Shown: positions 8,240-16,847, counted from the stretch's first letter. The stretch: DNA of 34,152 nucleotides from Candidatus Wolframiiraptor sinensis (GCA_023261815.1 JALNKA010000010.1:1-34152), one strand, 5' to 3'. Notes: generated by a model from the sequence alone, not told the origin. Program-made: numbers and translations.

Positions 8240-8854
8240 TTAATGCCTCTCGAGCTTTCTCTCGATTACCTTACCTCTAGGAGATTCTTCCTCGAACACT
8301 TGCGCGGAGAATCTGTATAGCTTCATCTTTCCGGTGAGCCAGTAGGTGGGCGCGAGACCGGCCTTGAGGCAGAGGTGCATGAGATATTCCTCCGGCGTCC
8401 AGCCATACTCGACGGGAACCTGCGGCAGGAGGAGGCCGCTGTAAACTCCCGCCTCGATTATCAGCCCATCCTCCCCGATCCTTATCGTGCTCGGAAGCTC
8501 CTTTGGATCCGTGAACTTTATCTCCTCGGGAGGGGTCAGCGCGCTGACCTCAACTATTATGCTCGACATCTCATCGAGGGAGACCGGCGGGAACCTTGGA
8601 TCCTCGGTCGCGGACGCTATCGCGGCTCTCATCGCCGCCTCTATCAACGGGTACTCGGGCAGCGGAATCCCTATACAGCCCCTCAACTCCTTCTCGGGAT
8701 GCGTGTAGAGCGTCACGAAGACTCCCTGCCTCCTCCTAAGCCTCTCCGGAGCATCCTCAGGCGGAACGGGCGTCTTCCCGGAAAGATAAACTTCTATGGT
8801 CTTTCTCGCAAGCTTGACGAGATAAGCGCCCTCACTCAAGCTAAGCCTCTCCAT
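8240..8854 (-). CDS. AMMECR1-domain protein (TIGR00296 family)
   Basis: GVFVTL, LRGCIG, EDPRFPPV, SGLLLPQVPVEYGW, LCLKAGL motifs. Confidence 0.93.
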   Translation of the reverse strand: MERLSLSEGAYLVKLARKTIEVYLSGKTPVPPEDAPERLRRRQGVFVTLYTHPEKELRGCIGIPLPEYPLIEAAMRAAIASATEDPRFPPVSLDEMSSIIVEVSALTPPEEIKFTDPKELPSTIRIGEDGLIIEAGVYSGLLLPQVPVEYGWTPEEYLMHLCLKAGLAPTYWLTGKMKLYRFSAQVFEEESPRGKVIERKLERH

Positions 8855-8911
8855 ATTCGCCGAGATAAACCTCCTCCTGCATATTTATGTATAGTCTGAT
8901 CACGAAAAAAG

Positions 8912-9108
8912 ACTATAGCTCCCCCACAGACCGCCAGATCGTTCTCGATCTTCCTTAGAATCTTCAAGCTCATGGAGACCCCCTCCGGCTCCTTGATCAA
9001 GTAATGCATCTTGGCGGCGGCCATTTCCCCCTCCTCAGTCACCTCCACGAGCCTCTTGATGAAGTGATATTCCCTCTGGCGCTTCTTCAATATCCCTTCA
9101 ACCACCCC
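8912..9108 (-). pseudogene. Fragment of an unidentified protein-coding gene carried inside the non-autonomous element
   Basis: The minus-strand frame reads GVVEGILKKRQREYHFIKRLVEVTEEGE...LKILRKIENDLAVCGG with gene-like charged composition. Its 5' end runs into the RNA module with no credible start; no family recognised. Confidence 0.35.
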
Positions 9109-9240
9109 GATAAAAGCCCTGATGGGGGCTGTGGTCACAATTTTAATGCTCCAATATAGGGAGTGGTTGCATATTTAGTGCAGGGCTGGGCTGTCCAAAT
9201 GTTCCCTCCCCTTCTTCACACCCTCTTTTCCCTTTTCTTA
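9109..9240 (+). ncRNA. Putative guide RNA / right end, copy 3
   Basis: GATAAAAGCCCTGATG start identical to 619-634; units GTGGT-cacaattt-TAATGC (9131-9149) and GTGGT-tgcatatt-TAGTGC (9163-9181) around the GCTCC/GGAGT hairpin; GGGCTGTCCAAATG and CCCTCTTTTCCC tail conserved. Confidence 0.7.
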
Positions 9241-9257
9241 AAATTGTGCGAGCGCCG

Positions 9258-9722
9258 CTATCTAGGTGAGCCTGTGAGCTTTCTCCTAGCCTCCTCGAGC
9301 GCCCGGCTAATGTTTCTCCAGTGCGAGCCCCTCCAGTATTTCTTGTCGCATCCCGGGCACATCCACTCCTCCCTACCAGATCTATGCTCAAGTCTGAGCG
9401 GGTGATTGCAAACCGGGCACCTAGTGGATCTCGGGTCGAAGCTCAGGCTTAAGCCGAGCTCGTTAGCCATCCTAGCAAGGATTCCGGGTATATTGTTCTC
9501 GTGGAATAGGAGGACTTTTAGCCCCCTTCTCGCGGCGGCGGCTGCAAGCCCCCTATCCATGGTGAGTATAATTCTATCTTCGGCCTCGGCTATGCCGATG
9601 ACCTCCCTATCGCCGCCGCTCCAGTAGATGGTGTCATATCCGAGAATTCTCAGCCATGAAACGAGATTCTTGAGCATGGCATCCGCGACGAATTTGCGAC
9701 GCCTCGGCTCCTCAGTGCTCAC
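9258..9722 (-). CDS. Mut7-C RNase (PIN-like, DUF82) domain protein with Zn ribbon
   Basis: FVADAML..L..WLRILGYDT, RIILTMDR, RCPVCN, CPGCDKKYWRGSHW. Confidence 0.92.
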   Translation of the reverse strand: MSTEEPRRRKFVADAMLKNLVSWLRILGYDTIYWSGGDREVIGIAEAEDRIILTMDRGLAAAAARRGLKVLLFHENNIPGILARMANELGLSLSFDPRSTRCPVCNHPLRLEHRSGREEWMCPGCDKKYWRGSHWRNISRALEEARRKLTGSPR

Positions 9723-9756
9723 ACCTAAGACCAGCAGGAAGATGAGCTGCTATCTT

Positions 9757-10470
9757 TTATGTTTCAGCGTGCCTCTGAAGCTCGTTCAGCGCATGCCGCA
9801 GGTCCGATAGCCTGGGTATTATTGCGAGACCCAGCTCCTTAATTACCAGAGGTTTCTCAGCATCTCTCTTTATTAGAATCGCCCTCATTCCCGACGAGAT
9901 TGCTCCCCCGATGTCCTCAATGAGCTCATCTCCGACGTGCGCTGCCGCCTCGTTTGAGATCCCCAGCATGCTGCAAAGCCTCAGGAATATCCTTCTATCG
10001 GGCTTGGATATTCCGAGCTCATCCGCGTATAGCTGAGCCTTGAAGAATCGCGAGAGCCCCGCCTCCTCGATGACACTCCTCGTCAAGCTTCCGGGCCAGT
10101 AGAATACATTGCTGACCACCGCTAGCTTAAACTCTCTCGAGAGATCCTCCAAGGTGCTCCATGCATCATGGTAAACGAGCTCTAGCGGATCCATGGTTCT
10201 GAAAGCATCTATAACAGCCTTTGAGACTACGTCTCTCGTGAGGTAAAGCTTTTCCGCGAGCGCGCGCTGAGCAACCTCGACTATCATCGAGTCCTCGATC
10301 AGCCCGGACGCCCATCTGGGCTTAAGCTCCCTATAAACGCCTATCATGATCTCGAGCACAGATTCGCGGCCTAAGCCTATCTGCTCGCCGAGCTTCTCAG
10401 CAATGGCTCTCATTATCATGTCCAGCCTGAGAATGGTATTCCACGCGTCAAACGAGATGAGCTTTATCAT
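9757..10470 (-). CDS. HAD-superfamily hydrolase (subfamily IA)
   Basis: ISFDAWNT, VVSN, SKPDRRIF, HVGDELIEDIGGA motifs. Confidence 0.9.
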   Translation of the reverse strand: MIKLISFDAWNTILRLDMIMRAIAEKLGEQIGLGRESVLEIMIGVYRELKPRWASGLIEDSMIVEVAQRALAEKLYLTRDVVSKAVIDAFRTMDPLELVYHDAWSTLEDLSREFKLAVVSNVFYWPGSLTRSVIEEAGLSRFFKAQLYADELGISKPDRRIFLRLCSMLGISNEAAAHVGDELIEDIGGAISSGMRAILIKRDAEKPLVIKELGLAIIPRLSDLRHALNELQRHAET

Positions 10471-10507
10471 TGGGGCTAGGGGGCTTCGAGCGGCTCAAAT
10501 ACCTTGA

Positions 10508-11086
10508 TTACTCCTCCCTCTCCCTTCTCAGGAGGTCGAGCCTGCAATCCTCGCAAAGGTATTGGCCCTCGACGTTTAACAGCATATCCGACCACTCCCC
10601 GCAGCTATCGCAGTATCCCTCAAGATATCCCTCGCCGCTTCTCCTGAGGAGGCGGAGGCCCATGATCTTCATGTTCTCCTTCACTATCTCGAGAATCTCG
10701 GGCGTTACCTGAAGTATATCCTTCAAGCTGACTATGCCGGCTAGCTTGTTCTTATAGACCACCGCTAGCCTGCTGACCCCGAGCTTGCTCATCCTCCTTA
10801 CCGCGTCCTCGATCCTCGCCTCGGGATCTATCGTGTGGAGCGGGGTGGACATTATGTCCCTCGCCTTAACCTCACTGGGCTTCGCATTTCTGGCTATGAC
10901 CTTCTCAACTAAGTCCGTCTTCGTTATTATCCCGAGCGGGGAGCCATCATCCGACGTCACTATCACCGCCCCAACCTTATACCTCATTATCTTCTCGGCT
11001 ATCTCCTGCGCGCTCTCATCTAGGCTACACTCTATCACGGGGCTCGACATAACCTCGCGGACGAGCACCTCATCAGTGATCCTCAA
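10508..11086 (-). CDS. CBS-pair protein with C-terminal Zn ribbon
   Basis: VREVMSSPVI, GIITKTDL, ARDIMSTPL, GIVSLKDIL; C-terminal CDSCG...LCEDC. TTG start. Confidence 0.9.
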   Translation of the reverse strand: MRITDEVLVREVMSSPVIECSLDESAQEIAEKIMRYKVGAVIVTSDDGSPLGIITKTDLVEKVIARNAKPSEVKARDIMSTPLHTIDPEARIEDAVRRMSKLGVSRLAVVYKNKLAGIVSLKDILQVTPEILEIVKENMKIMGLRLLRRSGEGYLEGYCDSCGEWSDMLLNVEGQYLCEDCRLDLLRREREE

Positions 11087-11127
11087 TCCCTACCACACTG
11101 CCAACATAGACGTAAAGCCAGATGCCT

Positions 11128-11245
11128 TTAAATCTTGTGCATCGTGTAGCCGCATTCCTCGCATATCAGCTTCAGCATCTGCTTCTGTTGAGTCGTCTTA
11201 GACTTCTTCCTCTTGTATCGGATACTTCTGGCCACCGTAGCCGTG
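11128..11245 (-). pseudogene. rpl44e: Frameshifted, 5'-truncated fragment of ribosomal protein L44e (eL42)
   Basis: The minus strand reads HGYGGQKYPIQ, then after a +1 shift RKKSKTTQQKQMLKLICEECGYTMHKI*. This contains the GYGGQ and KTT....LKL.C.ECG signatures of eL42; no N-terminal CxxC or start. Not in the ORF track. Confidence 0.8.
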
Positions 11246-11435
11246 TAGCTCCCGGGGCTCTGAGCCTTCTTCACATCACAGATGCGCCATTCAAGAAAAT
11301 GCTAAAATCGCCTTAGCAAAATTTCTGACGATAATGTGCAGAGCCGTTTCAGCGCGATACACGGCACGACCCTACTCTCATATCTTAGGGCCTAGCCGTT
11401 TCAGCCGTCGGTCATGTAATTTATAAGCGGCTTTA

Positions 11436-11483
11436 TACATTTTTATGTAAAATATTTGCTCAAATGTTCAGAATATTTTATAT
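11436..11483. promoter_or_regulatory. AT-rich promoter with inverted repeats upstream of the ECF operon
   Basis: TACAT-tttt-ATGTA (11436-11449) and ATGTAAAATATT (11445-11456) / AATATTTTATAT (11472-11483), 11 of 12 complementary. Confidence 0.45.
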
Positions 11484-11505
11484 TTTTGTGGAAAAAGGTG
11501 GTGGC

Positions 11506-12069
11506 ATGGGCGATGAAGTAGTAAAATATTCTAGGCCTGATGCTTTAACCGCTATAGCCTATACGGTTATGGCCGCTGCGGTAACCGGTGTGGGCTTTCT
11601 TCTAACAGCGCCCATACCACTAATTCCAGGCGCTATTCACTGGAGGGTCTTGGCATTTCTTCCATGCGTCTTCGGCGTCCTTTTCGGCCCGATAATAGGA
11701 TTCCTAGCAGGCGCGTTGGGCAATACCTTATGGGCTATTCTCGGAGGATACTTCAACCCAGCTACGCCCGTGTTTGACTTGATAGGCGTTGGCTTAACCG
11801 GACTCATACCAGGGCTTTTCTGCAAGCCGGAAGATGTCATGAGCTCCAGAGGTCTTCTCAAGATCACGGTAATCTCCTTCATCTCTGGCGTGATCATGGT
11901 GCCGATTGTCGCCGTCGGATTTGACTGGGTCGGCGTGGCGCCCTTTGGGCCGGCCGTGATATTCCTAGCATTAAGCGATCTGCCGCCCATCCTCATCGGG
12001 ACGCCGATAATCGTGAAGGCCCTAGTTCCGCCATTGCTTAGGAGGAAGCTTCTGAAATGGAGGCTATAG
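11506..12069 (+). CDS. ECF transporter S (substrate-binding) component
   Basis: ~187 aa, about 6 TM segments, GVLFGPIIGFLAGALGN signature, SD GGTGGT before the ATG; first gene of an S-AA'-T operon. Confidence 0.85.
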   Translation: MGDEVVKYSRPDALTAIAYTVMAAAVTGVGFLLTAPIPLIPGAIHWRVLAFLPCVFGVLFGPIIGFLAGALGNTLWAILGGYFNPATPVFDLIGVGLTGLIPGLFCKPEDVMSSRGLLKITVISFISGVIMVPIVAVGFDWVGVAPFGPAVIFLALSDLPPILIGTPIIVKALVPPLLRRKLLKWRL

Positions 12070-13538
12070 GCGGGGAAGAGCTCAGAGTCGAGAATCTCGG
12101 ATGTAGGTATGAGAGGAGGAAGGATTGGATCTTCCGGGATCTGAACTTCAGCGTAAAGCCTGGTGATGCCGTGGCCGTGGTTGGGCCAAGCGGCTCAGGA
12201 AAAACCACGCTTGCATACTGCCTAACCGGCATAATACCCAACAGGATAAAAGCAGAAGTTGAGGGAAGGGTCCTAGTCGACGGCAAGAATGTTCTTACAT
12301 CGAGGCTCAGGGATAATGTAAAGCTGGTAAACATTGTGCTGCAAAACTACGAGATGCAGATATTCGGGCTTACCGTGGAGGAGGACCTGGCCTTCAGCCT
12401 AGAGAATCTCGGCCTAGAGGAGCACGAGATAGAAGCAAGGGTCAAGTGGGCGCTGGAAAAATTCCGCCTATCAAGTTATAGGTCTTATTATGTTCACGAG
12501 CTTTCAGGAGGCCTTAAGCAGAGGCTCGCGATAGCATCCTCGATAATTATGGCCCCGAAATACCTCGTGATGGATGAGCCGACGGCAAACCTAGACTGGA
12601 ATGGGATCGTGGAGCTCAGCAAAACGATCAACGCGCTGAAGATGGATGGCAGAGGCATAATAATAATGACTAGGAGGCTTAAAGGACTGGAAAACGTGAT
12701 AGACAGAGTAATATCATTAAATGGGAGAAAGGTTTCCGCGAGAACCGCAGCGAAGCTACCCGAGCCTGAAAATATCGTTGATCCCGGCAGAAGCGAGCCC
12801 GTGATAACATTTGAGGATGTCTGGTTTAGATACTCGGGAGAGAGGAATTACGTCTTGCGGGGGATTAACCTGAAGATCCTCAAAGGACAATGTGTAGCTT
12901 TGATGGGGCCGAACGGCTCCGGTAAAACAACCCTGATCAAGCACGTTAATGGCTTGCTCAAGCCCGTTAAAGGAAAAGTCACCATTTTGGGCAAGGATAC
13001 CAAGGAGTATAGCGCGGCGCAGCTATCAAGATACGTGGGAATGGTGTTTCAGGATCCGGATAAGCACATAACATGCGAGACAGTCTGGGAAGAGGCCACC
13101 TTTGGGGCAAGGAACATCGGGGTGAGCGAAAATTATGCGGAGGAAGCGCTCAAGGCTCTCGGCCTCATTGGCCGCAAGGATGACCCACCCTATCTTCTCA
13201 GTATGGGCGAGAAGATAAGGCTCTCGATGGCGGGAGCTATCGGGATGAACCCCGAGATCCTGATACTCGACGAGCCGACGACCGGGCAAGATGAGGAGAC
13301 GTTAATGACAATCTCCTCCATGATAAACTACTTGAGGTCTGTGGGTAAAACGATAATCATTGTAACTCATGATAGCGACTTTGCTCTAAGCGTAAGTGAT
13401 AGGCTAGTAGTGATGAAGGATGGTGCTATAGCTGCTGATGGGGCGCCCAAGGAAATACTCCTAAACTGGCCTATTGTCGAGGAGCTGGGGTTGGAGCCTC
13501 CAATAGATATCCTACAAGTCGTTGAGGTGGAATTATGA
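12057..13538 (+). CDS. ECF transporter fused double ATPase (A-A')
   Basis: Two Walker A motifs (GPSGSGKTT, GPNGSGKTT), LSGGLKQ / LSMGEK, two DEPT Walker B motifs, TVEEDLAF. Confidence 0.92.
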   Translation: MEAIGGEELRVENLGCRYERRKDWIFRDLNFSVKPGDAVAVVGPSGSGKTTLAYCLTGIIPNRIKAEVEGRVLVDGKNVLTSRLRDNVKLVNIVLQNYEMQIFGLTVEEDLAFSLENLGLEEHEIEARVKWALEKFRLSSYRSYYVHELSGGLKQRLAIASSIIMAPKYLVMDEPTANLDWNGIVELSKTINALKMDGRGIIIMTRRLKGLENVIDRVISLNGRKVSARTAAKLPEPENIVDPGRSEPVITFEDVWFRYSGERNYVLRGINLKILKGQCVALMGPNGSGKTTLIKHVNGLLKPVKGKVTILGKDTKEYSAAQLSRYVGMVFQDPDKHITCETVWEEATFGARNIGVSENYAEEALKALGLIGRKDDPPYLLSMGEKIRLSMAGAIGMNPEILILDEPTTGQDEETLMTISSMINYLRSVGKTIIIVTHDSDFALSVSDRLVVMKDGAIAADGAPKEILLNWPIVEELGLEPPIDILQVVEVEL

Positions 13539-14257
13539 TAATCAAGCTTAACGTGGATCCCAGGACGAAGATCATCGTCTTCTCCTCGGTGATAGCGCTA
13601 GCATTCATGATCAGGGATCTTCTCGTGATCGCCACCCTAGCCGTGGTAACGCTGCTTACGCTGATTCTGAGCAGCAGGCGAGGCTTCATCATTAGAGGCT
13701 TGAGGGGCATGATCCCGCTGTTGGTAGTCGCGTTCCTGCTATGGTCGTTCATGCATGAGTGGTCTTTATTCCAGCGATATGGGAGCGGCATCAACCTGCA
13801 ACTCGGGGCATTTATGAGCTTGAGGCTATTCCTTATACTATTATCCTCGCTGGGATTCGTCGCGACGATGGGCATGAGGGATCTCATTAACGCACTGAAC
13901 TCCTTCAAGTTTCCATATAAGGCGGTCTTCGTATTGGGTCTCACGATGAGGCACCTGCACACCATAGCTGAGGATTATAGGGCTATTAAGGAGGCGCAAT
14001 CATCAAGGGGGCTCGAGCTGGATAAGGGCTTGCTATTCAGGAGAATTAGGAACTACGTGCCGATACTGATACCCTTATTCATCAGGAGCATCGAGAACGC
14101 TGAGAAGCTTTCTCTCGCGATGGAGCTTAGAGCATTCTCGCTCAACAGAAGAAGATATCTGAGGCGAAAGCTTAGAGCATTCGACATCGCAGTGATTAGT
14201 GGCTGCGCGGTAGCAGTGGTGCTGGCGGCCCTCCATTACTGGATTGGGGTGATCTAG
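13535..14257 (+). CDS. ecfT: ECF transporter T component (CbiQ/EcfT)
   Basis: DPRTKI, AQSSRG, AMELRAF coupling motifs. Confidence 0.9.
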   Translation: MIIKLNVDPRTKIIVFSSVIALAFMIRDLLVIATLAVVTLLTLILSSRRGFIIRGLRGMIPLLVVAFLLWSFMHEWSLFQRYGSGINLQLGAFMSLRLFLILLSSLGFVATMGMRDLINALNSFKFPYKAVFVLGLTMRHLHTIAEDYRAIKEAQSSRGLELDKGLLFRRIRNYVPILIPLFIRSIENAEKLSLAMELRAFSLNRRRYLRRKLRAFDIAVISGCAVAVVLAALHYWIGVI

Positions 14258-14258
14258 A

Positions 14259-14879
14259 GTGCTTGAGCGCGTTGAGCTATATAGGGGCCAGAGGTATCAT
14301 AGAGTGTGCGTGGCGGGCGTCATAAGGAATCTCCCCCTTGTTCAAGTAGACGAGGGATTATGGATAGCCTCTAACGCTGGAATCATCTTCGGCGATATAG
14401 AATTCATTTCTGCCGCGGCGAAGGCCATGGCGGAGAAGCTTAGACCATTGAGGCCCGACATCATAATTACTCCGGAGGCCAAGGCCATAGCTTTCGCGTA
14501 CGAGGTCGCGAAGCTGCTTGATCATAGGAGGCTTATCGTCGCGAGGAAAAGCATCAAGGCGTATATGAGGAGTTATCTCGTGGAGGAGGCCAGGTCTATA
14601 ACCACTAAAGAGAGGCAGATAATGATATTGGCTAGAGAAGATGCTGAGGAGATCGCCGGCAAGCGGGTCTGCATACTCGATGACGTCGTCTCGACGGGCG
14701 GGACGATGAATGCTCTTGAAAGGCTTGTTGAAAGAGCTGGGGAGAAGCCGATCTGCAAGGCCGCGATATGGATCGAAGGGCCATGGTATCGGGGAGACCT
14801 AATTTACTTGGGAGAGCTACCCGTATTCGCTACGGAGGATAGATTGAGGGCTCTTGAGAGAGCAATAACTCATTCTTGA
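14259..14879 (+). CDS. Type I phosphoribosyltransferase (adenine/xanthine PRTase-like)
   Basis: PRPP loop VCILDDVVSTGGT, PEAKAI, VARKS.K.YM, SITT...Q. Confidence 0.88.
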   Translation: MLERVELYRGQRYHRVCVAGVIRNLPLVQVDEGLWIASNAGIIFGDIEFISAAAKAMAEKLRPLRPDIIITPEAKAIAFAYEVAKLLDHRRLIVARKSIKAYMRSYLVEEARSITTKERQIMILAREDAEEIAGKRVCILDDVVSTGGTMNALERLVERAGEKPICKAAIWIEGPWYRGDLIYLGELPVFATEDRLRALERAITHS

Positions 14880-14927
14880 ACCGCGAAATGCCCCTCCTCA
14901 CAGCTGTAGTCGCCGGGCCCTGATTCT

Positions 14928-16847
14928 TCATGCATTCCCGACAAGCTCTCCTCTGCCGTAGGGTATTATCTCCTTTATCTGCTCTTTTAAGTCTCTTACC
15001 GTTTTCGCATCCAGCTCTGCGCCCGCGAGGATCCGCTCTAGAATCGCGTCCGCGAGCTCATCCGCCTGCCTATTCCCCGGCTCAAGCCTCACAAATGATC
15101 TGGCTCTAGCGGCCACGGCAGTGGACGGACCATATACCAGCTCGAGATCGCCGGTGACCCCTATCGCCAGCTCGAGCTTCGCTTGAATGTAATGCCTTTC
15201 GCCCTTTACTATGAATCCTCCTCTCGGAAGATAATGGCCCGGCGGCGGCTCGAACGAGATCTGGCTCGGCTCGATGTAGTAGACGGTTATAGTCCTTAAG
15301 CCTTCTTTCCACGCCCTGCTATAGGTCGCCGCGAACTGCGCGGCTTCAGCTCTCGATCTCTCGCCAGCTCCCATCCCGCCTTTAAGTATCACAGCTGCGG
15401 CTCCCCTAACCTCTGCGTGGAACACGAGGTCCCCTGGTTCCAAGTGCTTTTTCAGAAGCGCGATGTTGCTCGATGCATCCTTGCCGGCTACCACGAGATG
15501 CCCCTCCGAGGTGATGAACCACCTGTATCTCTCATACCATCTGGCCTTGCTTGGCTTAATCCTGGCGGATACCCTGAGAAGAGCATCTTCGATGGATCTT
15601 CGCATGGATTCTCTGAGATTCTCGGCGCGCTTCTCGAGCTCATGAGCATCCGCTCTCAGCTTCTCCGCCGCCCCCATCACCTTTTTCGCCTCATCGAAGA
15701 GCCTCGAAGCCTGCCTCGTGATCGGCTCATCCATGCTCAGCTCTACCTCAACCCCTTGATCGGAGATTACGAGCTTTCTACTCTTCTCATCGACCCTTAC
15801 CCTCATCCCCATGATCTCGTGCTCTCCCGGCATTTCTTTCACTGATTCCACATGGGCCGAGGCTTGGAAGATCCTCTCAGCGATCCTCCTAAGCCCCATC
15901 GCCTGAGCCGAGAGCTGCTCAGCCTTAGCCAGCTCGATCTTCATTCTACTCTCAAGATCCCTCAACTTCTCCTCTAAATCCCTCTTTTTCTCCCGCTCGA
16001 GTAGGCCGGCTAAATAGCGCTCATAAGCGATCCTAAAGGCCTCATTCAAGCTCTCCACCTTCTCAAACCTCCATCCTCTCGACTCGTATGTCTTCATGGG
16101 ATATGGTAGCGGCTGGACGCCTCCATCGCCGGAGAGAGCGATAACGGGCTGACCATTCTCGATCAGCTCGAAGACTGTTCGCGCTGCTTCCAGCACCTTG
16201 GCAACCTCATCAGAGCTCAGCTCGTCGATCCTCTTCGATTTATCAACGCCGGCGAGGTCGAGAATTTCCTCCGCGTATCTTCCTCCAAGCCCCGCCTCCG
16301 AGGCGAGGGCGGACACGACCTTCTTCCCCGGCGCGCGCCGCTTTTCCAAAACCTCCCCCAGGGTCTCAATCGAGGGCGCTGGCCTCCGCGGCGGAAGCAC
16401 ATACTGCTCTCCCGGGGCTATGCGCCTATCCCTCATCTCCAGCTTATGGAGGCATGCGAGTATTCTGCCAGCCTCATCCGAGATCACGATCGTTCCCTTC
16501 GGGAGGAACTCGCAGATCAGCTTGAGCTTCTGCTTGCTCTCCAGCTCCAGTATCAGAATCCTCTCCCCCTCGACTAGGCTTGCCCCCCTTATCCTCGCGC
16601 CCTCGATCACGCTTCTCATCGCCCTGCCGGCCTGCGAGAGCTCCACGGGCTTCTCATAGCTTCCTCGAACAAGATAGAAGAATAGGCCCGGTATGATCCT
16701 GAGCTCTCCGGAAAAATCCTCCGACCTAATCTTGAGAATAATTGACCCATCGTCCATGTGATAGAGCTTGAGAACTCTGGCTCCAATTATCAGGCCCAGA
16801 ACCTCTCTGAGAGCTTTCCTAAGCTCCAGATATGATGCCGGCTCCAA
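14928..16847 (-). CDS. rqcH: Ribosome quality-control factor RqcH/Rqc2 (NEMF, NFACT domains)
   Basis: NFACT-N region, HhH GLGGRYAEEIL, coiled coil, WYERYRWF.TSEG.LVVAGKDA..N, FHAEVRGA, G.YLPRGGF.VKGER. Confidence 0.92.
   Translation of the reverse strand: MEPASYLELRKALREVLGLIIGARVLKLYHMDDGSIILKIRSEDFSGELRIIPGLFFYLVRGSYEKPVELSQAGRAMRSVIEGARIRGASLVEGERILILELESKQKLKLICEFLPKGTIVISDEAGRILACLHKLEMRDRRIAPGEQYVLPPRRPAPSIETLGEVLEKRRAPGKKVVSALASEAGLGGRYAEEILDLAGVDKSKRIDELSSDEVAKVLEAARTVFELIENGQPVIALSGDGGVQPLPYPMKTYESRGWRFEKVESLNEAFRIAYERYLAGLLEREKKRDLEEKLRDLESRMKIELAKAEQLSAQAMGLRRIAERIFQASAHVESVKEMPGEHEIMGMRVRVDEKSRKLVISDQGVEVELSMDEPITRQASRLFDEAKKVMGAAEKLRADAHELEKRAENLRESMRRSIEDALLRVSARIKPSKARWYERYRWFITSEGHLVVAGKDASSNIALLKKHLEPGDLVFHAEVRGAAAVILKGGMGAGERSRAEAAQFAATYSRAWKEGLRTITVYYIEPSQISFEPPPGHYLPRGGFIVKGERHYIQAKLELAIGVTGDLELVYGPSTAVAARARSFVRLEPGNRQADELADAILERILAGAELDAKTVRDLKEQIKEIIPYGRGELVGNA

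Larger units (their letters stand above)
8886..9240 (+). mobile_element. Complete non-autonomous element (~355 bp) bounded by TA at both ends, carrying guide-RNA module copy 3
   Basis: Left flank TGCATATT|TA (8878-8887) equals internal segment 9168-9177. Right flank TA|AAATTGTG (9239-9248) is the reverse complement of internal segment 9136-9145. The left end has the hairpin TATAGTC...GACTATA. No transposase inside. Confidence 0.78.

Noticed and set aside
8836-9405. ORF-track entries 8836-9138, 9143-9391 and 9163-9405 as intact genes
   Set aside because: They run through the RNA module and element junctions; only the internal fragment looks coding.
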